A stretch of DNA of 64,000 nucleotides, taken from assembly GCA_031383405.1 (NCBI GenBank), contig JANMZO010000480.1, forward strand, positions 2,829 to 66,828. The letters are read 5' to 3'. Each line of letters starts with the position of its first letter. Within the stretch, counting starts at the first letter, position 1. The stretch comes from Acidimicrobiia bacterium. GTDB lineage: Bacteria > Actinomycetota > Acidimicrobiia > Acidimicrobiales > JANYDT01. The notes under the pieces are model-generated. The model saw nothing but the letters and a program-made list of their open reading frames with translations, had not been told where the DNA came from and made no database searches. A program made the position numbers and the translations under genes. Shown here piece after piece: positions 50,440 through 58,865 of this stretch.

Positions 50440-51273
50440 TTAGAGCTCGAAGAAGATGCCTTCCCGCCACGGGAAGATGAAGTTGTACCCCGGGCCCCGG
50501 AAGAATGAGCTGATGATGACGAGAACAGCCCAGAACATTAGGAAGATCGAGAAGAGCGAGATTGCGATTTTGCGGTCCTCGGGTTTGTTCGACGGGTTCT
50601 TGTCGACGTAGGGCGTCATGCCCAGGATGAACAAACCCATACCGGGAATCGTCACACCCGCCACCATTGGATCGAACATCGTGAGCAGTTCCTGCAGGCC
50701 GAGGAAGTACCACGGAGCTTTCGCCGGGTTTGGCGTCTGGTTGTAGTTGGCCAGTGCGAGAAGCGGGGCATTCACAAATGTCGAGAGCACCATCAGCACG
50801 ACGAGACAGGCGAGCGACGCCACGAACTCACCAACGAGGAGATGCGGCCAGGTGCTCACCTTGTCGGTCGGTACCGCCTTCACGTCCTGAATTGATCCGG
50901 CCTTGACCACCGTAAGCAGGCGCTGTGTGTGTCCGTCGGGGCCGACCAGACCGGCGGTTGACGAAGTGGCAAGAGCACCGGTCGCCGCGGCTGCGGCACC
51001 TGTTGGCCTGTCGAGAACGGCAACGCCACCGCCGGCCGGCGCAGTTCCACCATCGGAGGCCGACGCTTTGGCCGCCTTCGCGGCCTCGCTGCGGGCGAGG
51101 AGGTGCGCCGGGATCTTTCCGGTCGCCTCGGCCTCGGCATAGCTCGCCGCCGAGTCGTCGACCGGAGGGGCGCTGGCCGCCGGAGCGTCGGGTGCAGCGC
51201 CACCGGCCTTTTCCGCCAGCTTGCGGGCTTTTGCCTCCGCGGACTTCCGCTTCATTTCTTCGAGATCAGCCAT
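50440..51273 (-). CDS. Cytochrome b C-terminal part (subunit IV/PetD-like) with Ala-rich N-terminal extension
   Basis: TWPHLL...TPNPAKAPWYFLGLQELL (APWY in place of PEWY), PYVDK, three TM helices. Confidence 0.85.
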   Translation of the reverse strand: MADLEEMKRKSAEAKARKLAEKAGGAAPDAPAASAPPVDDSAASYAEAEATGKIPAHLLARSEAAKAAKASASDGGTAPAGGGVAVLDRPTGAAAAATGALATSSTAGLVGPDGHTQRLLTVVKAGSIQDVKAVPTDKVSTWPHLLVGEFVASLACLVVLMVLSTFVNAPLLALANYNQTPNPAKAPWYFLGLQELLTMFDPMVAGVTIPGMGLFILGMTPYVDKNPSNKPEDRKIAISLFSIFLMFWAVLVIISSFFRGPGYNFIFPWREGIFFEL

Positions 51274-51321
51274 GGGTCAGCTCAGTTCTCACAATGGTTT
51301 GAGGGAAACGGATCACCGGCG

Positions 51322-52095
51322 TCACAGTGGACCGGAGATGCCGCCGTCTTTACGGACACGCCAGAAATGGATGGCCATGAAGATCACGATGATGAACGGG
51401 AACAACAGCACGTGGAGCACGTACCAGCGAAGCAAGGTGTCGGTGCCGATCTCAACGCCCGACAAGAGAACGAAACGGGACTGGGGGCCGAACACCGGGG
51501 TGTATCCGATCATATTTGTACCAACCGTCACGGCCCAGAGCGCCAGTTGATCCCACGGCAGCAGATATCCGGTGAACGACAGCAGCAGTGTGAGCGTGAG
51601 AAGAATTACGCCGATGATCCAGTTGAACTCCCGCGGAGCCTTGTAGGCACCGTGGTAGAAAACTCGCGCCATGTGCAAGAAGACAGAGAGCACCATGAGG
51701 TGGGCTCCCCATCTGTGCATGTTTCGCACGAGAAGGCCGAACGACACGGCCGTGTGAAGGGTCTGGATGTCCTGCCAGGCCAGCGCTTCGGTGGGACGGT
51801 AGAAGAACATCAGGAAGATGCCGGTCACCGTGAGGATAATGAACAAGAAGAACGACAGACCACCGAGGCACAGCGTGTAGCTCACCTTCACGGCATGGCG
51901 CTTCACCTTCACGGGGTGTAGGTGGTAGAGCAGCGAGTTCATGATCACGTAGCTGCGGTTACGCGGCGAGTCGCTATAGCCCTTACGGAAGATCGAGCCC
52001 GGGCGGAAGATCGAGCCCCAGGCCTGGCTGCCTTGAACTTTGTCGACCGTCTCCGCGAGTTTGGCGCTCGGTCCTGGCTTCATTGGTGTTGCCAC
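51322..52095 (-). CDS. Cytochrome b6-like N-terminal subunit (PetB-like)
   Basis: YTLCLGG (heme ci Cys position), RNMHRW...FLH, GYLLPWDQ, LH-x14-H, C-terminus GISGPL; start 52095 or 52083. Confidence 0.92.
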   Translation of the reverse strand: MATPMKPGPSAKLAETVDKVQGSQAWGSIFRPGSIFRKGYSDSPRNRSYVIMNSLLYHLHPVKVKRHAVKVSYTLCLGGLSFFLFIILTVTGIFLMFFYRPTEALAWQDIQTLHTAVSFGLLVRNMHRWGAHLMVLSVFLHMARVFYHGAYKAPREFNWIIGVILLTLTLLLSFTGYLLPWDQLALWAVTVGTNMIGYTPVFGPQSRFVLLSGVEIGTDTLLRWYVLHVLLFPFIIVIFMAIHFWRVRKDGGISGPL

Positions 52096-52160
52096 AAGGT
52101 CACCTGCATTGTTTCTGGTACAAGGAAAAGGGATCAGTCGGGGGTCTGGGACTTGGTGCG

Positions 52161-52574
52161 CTAGAAGCGCATTCCGTAGGAGTAGCCGTGCTTGTTGTCG
52201 CGCATGTGCTGGTCGCCGTCGCGCGGGGCAACGCCGGCCTTGCCCATGATGATCACACCGGTCGGGCAGCGGTCGACACATAGACCGCAGCGGGTGCAGA
52301 CATCTTCATCGACGACGAATATCACATGATCGTCGGGATCGGTACCCGGAGCAACCACGTTCGTCGAGTCTTCGACCGTTCCCGCAGAAAGCATATGGAT
52401 ACACTTCCAGGGGCAAATGTCGACGCAGCCTTCGCACATGATGCACTCGGACTGGTCGATATGCAGGAACTGCTTGGGCTTCACGCTCCTATTCAGTTCC
52501 TCGACCGTGATTTCGGCGAGCGTGTAATTGCCGGGAAAATACGGAAGGGGGGGATTTGCTTCGTTTTTCGCCAC
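52161..52574 (-). CDS. 2x[4Fe-4S] ferredoxin
   Basis: CIMCEGCVDICP and CTRCGLCVDRCP. Confidence 0.92.
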   Translation of the reverse strand: MAKNEANPPLPYFPGNYTLAEITVEELNRSVKPKQFLHIDQSECIMCEGCVDICPWKCIHMLSAGTVEDSTNVVAPGTDPDDHVIFVVDEDVCTRCGLCVDRCPTGVIIMGKAGVAPRDGDQHMRDNKHGYSYGMRF

Positions 52575-52577
52575 GGC

Positions 52578-53093
52578 TTACGCCTTCCTCACCAGCGGGC
52601 GACCATACGTCGAACTCGTTTCAAGAGCTTTCAACTCGGCGGCTTTCTTGCCGCGGCGCTGCCACCCGGTCCATAAAAAGCCGTGCGCACCGAGGAACAC
52701 GATGTAGAACGTCGCAGCGATGATGTCGCGGATCGTCTGTTTCGTGACACCAAGCCGGCCGCGACCGAAGAAGGTGACTCCATCGGGCCACAACACGTTC
52801 TTGGAATGGCTGAACCAGTGGTTGTTCCAACTCTTGGGAGTAAGTTTTCCAAAGGGACCGACAGGGATTCCTTTGATATCCGAGCGCCAGTTCAGAGTGT
52901 TCCCGTTCGCCCACTTCAAGAAGGTGTCGGGCACGATGCCGTACGCCAAAACAAAAATTGAGAACACGGCCAGGCCCCCGACCATCGCCTCACCCCACGT
53001 GAGGGGGGTGCCGACAGGACGTTTCTTGCCATAGGCCCAAACTGCCCCGATGACCACGACCAGAGCAAGCATTGATCCGAAGAACGCAACCAC
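52578..53093 (-). CDS. Hypothetical membrane protein, first gene of the respiratory block
   Basis: Three hydrophobic segments; 3-nt gap to the ferredoxin; C-terminal STYGRPLV. Confidence 0.75.
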   Translation of the reverse strand: MVAFFGSMLALVVVIGAVWAYGKKRPVGTPLTWGEAMVGGLAVFSIFVLAYGIVPDTFLKWANGNTLNWRSDIKGIPVGPFGKLTPKSWNNHWFSHSKNVLWPDGVTFFGRGRLGVTKQTIRDIIAATFYIVFLGAHGFLWTGWQRRGKKAAELKALETSSTYGRPLVRKA

Positions 53094-53149
53094 TCGTTTG
53101 ACCTATCAATCCTTGGATTCGGGCCCGAACAGACACGTCGCGAAGCTGC

Positions 53150-53167
53150 TTGTGAAGCGGCTCACGA
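53150..53167. promoter_or_regulatory. Candidate Rex (NADH/NAD+ sensor) operator TTGTGAAGCGGCTCACGA
   Basis: 2 mismatches to the Rex consensus TTGTGAA-N4-TTCACAA; lies upstream of the bc/nuo block. Confidence 0.6.
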
Positions 53168-53415
53168 AGTTGGAGCTGAGGGCCGGGGAAAATCTGACCT
53201 CCATTTCTACCACGGAGGTTCGCCCCTAGGACTAATCGTCGAGAGCAAACGAACAACCAAACCAATCACAATTTACGATCGCTCATCGTGATGACTGGAG
53301 AGGCACTCTTGAATGTGCCTAATCCGGAAAAGTTTCAGGAAGTTCGGTTCGGTTGGTTAGGCCATCGGCTGTTTCTTCGCATAGATTCTTGGGGTTCAGA
53401 TTTTCCGGAGGAACC

Positions 53416-54201
53416 GTGGCTGAGATTCCACAACACTTGCTCGACAAGGCCAAGGCGCGACGCGCAGCCTTGGCCGGTGCACCAATCGAAGAAACGTCTC
53501 CCGCCGTCCCCACGGCGGCAGCGGCGACTCCGGCACCGGCTGCGTCGGCTGCCCCCGCCGTTTCCAGCGGAGGCGGCGGAGCCAAGACCCCGGGGGGCCC
53601 CGCGGCAGGTATTCCCGTTACGCCCCCGCCTCCTCGAGGTACCGGTTTTGCGAAGATGGGTTCGGTGTTCATGCTCGTGGCCGTTCCGCTCTGGGCCATC
53701 TTCATGTTCAACTCCTTCGCAACGCCGTACTCGAAGACCTTGTCGGCCGAGAAGCAGGGCGCAGCGATCTACGCAGCGAACTGCGTATCGTGCCACCTCT
53801 CAAACGGTGCCGGTTGGGACGCCGGTGGCATCGGGCGGGCCCTCTACAACGGCCAGGCGGAAAAGACCTTTCCCAACCCGCTCGACCAACTCTCCTTCGT
53901 GAAACACGGTTCCTGCACCGCAGGCAGCCCTTACGGCAACGCCAAACGAGAAGGCGGCCAGCACATCGCCCAGCAGAAGGGGCTCATGCCGGCCTTCACC
54001 GGCGTGCTCACCGATCAGCAGATTCTCTATGTCATACAGTACGAGCGCTCGATTCTGCGAGACGGCGGCATCTGGCCGGCCGACCTACTGGCTTCAGTCG
54101 GCGAAGCACCTGACCCGGCCCGCATCCCGGCTCCGGGGAAAGCCGTCGTCGTCGACCCGGATACCTTGAAGAAGTCCTCCGACACCGTGTGTCCCGCCTA
54201 A
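53416..54201 (+). CDS. Membrane-anchored monoheme cytochrome c
   Basis: GTG with GGAGG RBS; Ala/Pro linker, TM segment, CVSCH, GLMPAF axial Met candidate. Confidence 0.88.
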   Translation: MAEIPQHLLDKAKARRAALAGAPIEETSPAVPTAAAATPAPAASAAPAVSSGGGGAKTPGGPAAGIPVTPPPPRGTGFAKMGSVFMLVAVPLWAIFMFNSFATPYSKTLSAEKQGAAIYAANCVSCHLSNGAGWDAGGIGRALYNGQAEKTFPNPLDQLSFVKHGSCTAGSPYGNAKREGGQHIAQQKGLMPAFTGVLTDQQILYVIQYERSILRDGGIWPADLLASVGEAPDPARIPAPGKAVVVDPDTLKKSSDTVCPA

Positions 54202-54265
54202 GCGCCCCCCGAAAGGAAACACGTAGACGGCAAAGTTGCAGGACGGCGAAGTTGCAGATAGTAAG

Positions 54266-54286
54266 ACGCACTCCTCGGGAGTGCGT
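54266..54286 (+). terminator. Stem-loop downstream of the cytochrome c gene
   Basis: acgcactcc-tcg-ggagtgcgt, perfect 9-bp stem. Confidence 0.55.
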
Positions 54287-54375
54287 GTTGCATTCCGGGC
54301 TCGACCGCATTCGAGTACAACATTCCCGTCGCCAAACGGTCAACAAAAACTGCTGGCCGCGCCTACGCTGAAACC

Positions 54376-54732
54376 GTGGCCGATGACGATGACTACGAGA
54401 TACCGGCCGATATGCTGTATTCGCCCGACGGCCAGCCCGACTGGGACACCTATTACGCAAACATTATGGGGACGGTCGAGTCCGAACCGATGCCCCAGAC
54501 GCTCATCCAACGCTTTCGAGGGACATCTCAGGCGGTCGGGGCTATCGGCCTCGGCATCCAGCGGGCCATTGAACCCCACAAGGTCAAGCAGGAAATCGTC
54601 GTGCAGCGAGATGATTCGGGCGATCCTGACAATCCCGACAAAGAACTCCACCTCGATTTTGACCCCGACGACCCACGCCAAACCCGAGCGATCGTGCGGC
54701 CGCATAACCGCAAGGGTGCCGTCCACGAGTAG
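54376..54732 (+). CDS. Small acidic hypothetical protein
   Basis: GTG preceded by TACGCT 6 nt upstream; 118 aa, Asp/Pro-rich. Confidence 0.6.
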   Translation: MADDDDYEIPADMLYSPDGQPDWDTYYANIMGTVESEPMPQTLIQRFRGTSQAVGAIGLGIQRAIEPHKVKQEIVVQRDDSGDPDNPDKELHLDFDPDDPRQTRAIVRPHNRKGAVHE

Positions 54733-54918
54733 TCGGGCATCGGCCGCACTCGAACGGCGGGGGCACTCCGGGCGATTCTCCTTGACTGAAGAGTCTGAGA
54801 AACCCTCTTTCTTGCGTGACCCTCGCCTCACATGTTTCTCATTACTCAGGCGTTAACTACTGATGTGAACTCAACCATCCGAGTCACTGGCAATCAACAA
54901 CTCGAAGGGGGTTCCCAG

Positions 54919-55635
54919 ATGGCCACTCTCACCTATTCCGCATATTCAACGGTTCCCACGCGGCTGGCGACGAACTATTCAAACGGTTCGAACACCGGTG
55001 CCGACACACCAAGCCCGGCTCGCAGAGCCCGAGCCAAACGGGGCGACGGCGACAGACTTCGAGATGAGATCCTCGACGCCGTCGACGCGATTCTCACCAG
55101 AACAAGAAGAGAAGACTCCGTCTCGATTCGTGCCGTTGCCGAGCAGGTGGGCTGCACGCCGCCGGCCATCTACCTCCACTTCTTCGACAAGAACGAGTTG
55201 TTGTTCGAGGTCTGTTCCCGCCGCTTCCTTCAACTGAACGCAGCGATCGACGACGCAACAATTGGCCTTACCGATCCCGTCGAGATTCTGGCTGCAGCCA
55301 CCCGCGCCTACGTGGCGTTCGGGCTCGCTCAACCCGAGTACTACCGGATCCTTTTTATGGGCAAGCCGATCCTCACCCCCGAGCAACTCGATGAGCTCCG
55401 CTCCAACGGGATAACCGGGCTCTCCCGTCTGGTCGAGCGGTGCCAGAACTGCATCGACGCGGGCGCCGTACATATGCGCAATGCCAAGCTCATGGCCTTC
55501 GGTATCTGGGCCCTGTCTCATGGTGTCGTCTCGCTGATGATCTCCAAGCCCAACATTGAATGGCCGAAGGTCGAGGTACTTCTCGGTCATCTGCTCGACA
55601 CCCACCTGGCCGGTCTTCGGGTCAACCCCGCCTAA
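54919..55635 (+). CDS. TetR/AcrR-family regulator (WHG-type C-terminal domain)
   Basis: SIRAVAEQVGCTPPAIYLHFFDK HTH; WALSHG; GAAGGGG RBS. Confidence 0.9.
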   Translation: MATLTYSAYSTVPTRLATNYSNGSNTGADTPSPARRARAKRGDGDRLRDEILDAVDAILTRTRREDSVSIRAVAEQVGCTPPAIYLHFFDKNELLFEVCSRRFLQLNAAIDDATIGLTDPVEILAAATRAYVAFGLAQPEYYRILFMGKPILTPEQLDELRSNGITGLSRLVERCQNCIDAGAVHMRNAKLMAFGIWALSHGVVSLMISKPNIEWPKVEVLLGHLLDTHLAGLRVNPA

Positions 55636-55715
55636 CCACGCCTAACCACGCCCAACCATCGCTTAATCAGGTGTCCGAGTCAGGATGCGCGTTCCAAATG
55701 CTTTGGCATGTGCAC

Positions 55716-57053
55716 TTATAACGTCTTGGCGACCGCAGTTGCAGCGATACCCGCCGCCTCGACCGTTCGGTCGATATCAGCTTCGGTGTGCGAAAAACTC
55801 GGGAACAGGGCTTCATAGGCACCGGGTGCCATGGCAATGCCCTGGCGCAACATCTCATGGAAGAACGGTGCATAAAGGCCGGCTTCGTTGGCATCTTTCG
55901 CTTCGTCAAAGTTCGTCACCGGTTGCGTTCCGAGATGGATACCGAGCAACGTGCCGACAACCGGAACCTGCGCCGGCAAACCGGCACCGCGGATCGCTTC
56001 CTGCAGCCCCGCCGCCAATCTGTGCGCCGTGACGCTGAGTGCCTCGTAACGATCCGGAGTGCACTGCTGCAACACTGCCAACCCGGCGGCCGTAGCCATC
56101 GGGTTGCCACTCAGCGTCCCACCTTGATACACCGGACCAAGTGGGGCGAGGTACGACATCACTTGAACCGTTCCACCGAAAGCCCCGACCGGCATCCCGC
56201 CGCCGATGATCTTCCCGAAAGCCCAGATATCGGGAATGACGCCCGACCAAACCGTCGCACCCCCGGCCCCGAGCCGGAATCCCGTAATGACTTCGTCGAA
56301 CAGCAGCATCGCCCCGACCGCGTCGCACGCCTTGCGGAGTCCGTCAAGGAACCCTGGGGCCGGCGGTACCAGCCCCATGTTCGCGGCAATCGGTTCGACG
56401 GCAACGACCGCCACATCGGGTCCGATGTCGGGGATCACGTTGAACGGCGCAACGATGGTGTCGGCCACCGCTCCCGGCGGAACCCCGTCACTTCCCGGAA
56501 GGCCTTGATTGGCCACACCACTGCCACCGGCCGCGAGGAGCGAATCGGAGGCACCGTGGTAACAGCCGGCGAACTTGATCACTTTCGACCGGCCGGTAAT
56601 GCCGCGGGCGAGTCGGATAGCGCTCATCGTTGCTTCCGTACCGCTTGAGCACATGCGCACCATCTCAAGGCCCGGCACCCGCTGGATGATGGCTTCGGCG
56701 AGCAGCACCTCGCGATACGTGGGAGCTCCGAATGTGCTGCCCTGCGTCGCCGCCTCCTGCATGGTGGCCACCACATACGGATCGGCATGACCGAGGATCG
56801 ACGCGCCGTAGGACTGCACATAATCCAGGTACTCGCGGCCCTCGACATCCCAGACGCGGGCACCCTGACCGCGGGCTACGAAGTACGGCGTGCCACCGAC
56901 GCTTCGAAAAGCCCGGACCGGCGAGTTCACCCCGCCCACCAGAACCTGCGAAGCTCGCGCGAACAGTGACCTGTTAGTCGCTCCAAAACCTGTACCGTCA
57001 GCCGTCGGTCTTCCATTCGGCTCGACGCCATCCCGCGTCGCCGTCGTGCTCAT
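55716..57053 (-). CDS. hemL: Glutamate-1-semialdehyde 2,1-aminomutase
   Basis: GGVNSPVRAF, SSGTEATM, FDEVITGFR, GKIIGGGMP, GTLSGNP. Confidence 0.96.
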   Translation of the reverse strand: MSTTATRDGVEPNGRPTADGTGFGATNRSLFARASQVLVGGVNSPVRAFRSVGGTPYFVARGQGARVWDVEGREYLDYVQSYGASILGHADPYVVATMQEAATQGSTFGAPTYREVLLAEAIIQRVPGLEMVRMCSSGTEATMSAIRLARGITGRSKVIKFAGCYHGASDSLLAAGGSGVANQGLPGSDGVPPGAVADTIVAPFNVIPDIGPDVAVVAVEPIAANMGLVPPAPGFLDGLRKACDAVGAMLLFDEVITGFRLGAGGATVWSGVIPDIWAFGKIIGGGMPVGAFGGTVQVMSYLAPLGPVYQGGTLSGNPMATAAGLAVLQQCTPDRYEALSVTAHRLAAGLQEAIRGAGLPAQVPVVGTLLGIHLGTQPVTNFDEAKDANEAGLYAPFFHEMLRQGIAMAPGAYEALFPSFSHTEADIDRTVEAAGIAATAVAKTL

Positions 57054-58039
57054 TGCATGGACTCGGCGATATCGCGGGCAAAGTACGTAAGGATCATGTC
57101 GGCACCGGCTCGTTTCACTGCAGTGAGCTGCTCGAGGGCGACCGCCGCACCGTCGATCCAACCGCGTTCGGCGGCAGCCTTGATCATCGAATATTCACCA
57201 GACACATGGTAAGCGGCAAGTGGAACATCGACGGCCGCCCGCACCTTCGCAATGATGTCGAGATAGGTCACGGCGGGCTTGACCATAACCATGTCGGCAC
57301 CCTCAGCAATGTCGAGCATCACTTCGGCCAGCGCTTCTCGGGCGTTGTGCCAGTCCTGTTGATAGCCCTTCCGGTCACCGCCCCCGACGATGTGGACATC
57401 GACGGCCTCGCGGAAGGGGCCGTAGAGCGCAGTTGCATACTTCGCCGAGTAGGCGAGGATCGGAATGTCAGTATGGCCGGCCGAGTCGAGTCCGGAACGG
57501 ATCGCCCGGACCTGGCCGTCCATCATTCCGCTCGGAGCCACGACCTGGGAGCCCGCTTCGGCCTGGGTAATTCCTATGCGCGCGTATAGTTCGAGGGTTG
57601 CGTCGTTGAGAACATTGCCGTGAGCGTCGAGCACGCCACAGTGACCGTGGCTCGTGTACTCGTCGAGACACAGATCGCTCATCAACACAATTGAATCGCC
57701 GAGATCGTCTCGAAGTTGTTTGAGTGCGACCTGCATGATGCCGTCGGGATTCCAGGCTTCGGATCCTTCCGGGTCCTTCGACGAGGGCACTCCGAACAGG
57801 ATCACTCCCGGAACTCCAAGGTCGCTAAGTTCGCGTACCTCCTTGCGAAGGCTCTCCACCGAGTGTTGGACAACCCCCGGAAGCGACATGATCGGACGCG
57901 GCTCGGTGATGCCCTCCCGCACGAATAGCGGTGCTATCAGGTCGTCGACCCCCAACCTGGTTTCAGCCACCAGTCGACGAAGTGCAGGTGTGCGACGAAG
58001 CCGGCGCATCCGACGCGACGGGAAAAGATCGGCACTCAT
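57050..58039 (-). CDS. hemB: Porphobilinogen synthase
   Basis: RMRRLR, DLCLDEYTSHGHCG, APSGMMDG, YGPFREA, MVKPA, VSGEYSM. Confidence 0.97.
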   Translation of the reverse strand: MSADLFPSRRMRRLRRTPALRRLVAETRLGVDDLIAPLFVREGITEPRPIMSLPGVVQHSVESLRKEVRELSDLGVPGVILFGVPSSKDPEGSEAWNPDGIMQVALKQLRDDLGDSIVLMSDLCLDEYTSHGHCGVLDAHGNVLNDATLELYARIGITQAEAGSQVVAPSGMMDGQVRAIRSGLDSAGHTDIPILAYSAKYATALYGPFREAVDVHIVGGGDRKGYQQDWHNAREALAEVMLDIAEGADMVMVKPAVTYLDIIAKVRAAVDVPLAAYHVSGEYSMIKAAAERGWIDGAAVALEQLTAVKRAGADMILTYFARDIAESMQ

Positions 58040-58056
58040 GACGCGTCGGGTTCGGA

Positions 58057-58710
58057 TCAGCTTCGGGCCACACCGACCGGGCACGAGACCCCGGTGCCGC
58101 CGATACCGCAGTATCCGTTGGGGTTCTTCGCCAGGTACTGCTGGTGATACCCCTCGGCGTAGTAGAACTCACCAAGCGGAACAATCTCGGTGGAGATCGC
58201 ACCATAACCGGCCCCAGCCAACTCGCGTTGGAACATTTCTTTGCTCGACATGGCCGCTTCAAGCTGCTCGGGCGAGTTTGTATAGATCCCTGAGCGGTAC
58301 TGTGTGCCGACATCGTTGCCCTGGCGCATGCCCTGCGTTGGATCGTGGTTTTCCCAGAACACCTTGAGGACACCCTCGAAGGAGATCAACGACGGTTCGA
58401 ACACGACGAGCACGACCTCGTTGTGGCCGGTTCGACCGGTGCACACTTCTTCGTATGAGGGATTCGGCGTGATACCACCGCAATAGCCGACAGCGGTCGA
58501 GAAGATGCCCTGGGCCTGCCAGAACTTTCGCTCAGCACCCCAGAAACACCCGAGGCCGACAACAGCCGTTTGCATACCTTCTGGGAACGGAGGGGTCATC
58601 GGGTTTCCATTGACGAAATGGGTCGCAGGAACCGTCACGGGCGTTGAACGCCCGGGCAGGGCGGTCTCCGCGGTCGGGATCTCAAGTGGTTTGCGTCCGA
58701 ATAGAGCCAT
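58057..58710 (-). CDS. msrA: Peptide-methionine (S)-S-oxide reductase
   Basis: GCFWG, YEEVC, HDPTQ...[19 protein letters not shown]. Confidence 0.97.
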   Translation of the reverse strand: MALFGRKPLEIPTAETALPGRSTPVTVPATHFVNGNPMTPPFPEGMQTAVVGLGCFWGAERKFWQAQGIFSTAVGYCGGITPNPSYEEVCTGRTGHNEVVLVVFEPSLISFEGVLKVFWENHDPTQGMRQGNDVGTQYRSGIYTNSPEQLEAAMSSKEMFQRELAGAGYGAISTEIVPLGEFYYAEGYHQQYLAKNPNGYCGIGGTGVSCPVGVARS

Positions 58711-58865
58711 GTCAATTATCGTACGCGTCTTTGGGGGGCTGCGGCCCAGTTCCTGAGAAACCGCTTCTCATGTCCGGTCCTAAGATCCGGTTCTACGGTC
58801 CGGTCTTACGGTGCTCGGACCCCTGGGCCGGCCGCGAACCGTCCGGGGAGGGTACGGCCCGTGGG

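Noticed and set aside
54202-54375. Possible ncRNA or riboswitch (GAAA-looped stem, hairpins)
   Set aside because: Only a short stem, one terminator-like hairpin and a 16-bp duplication; no recognisable family motif. An Rfam/Infernal scan would settle it.
57640-57680. HemB metal site with Asp replacing the second Cys (DLCLDEYTSHGHC)
   Set aside because: This variant is usual in actinobacterial HemB.
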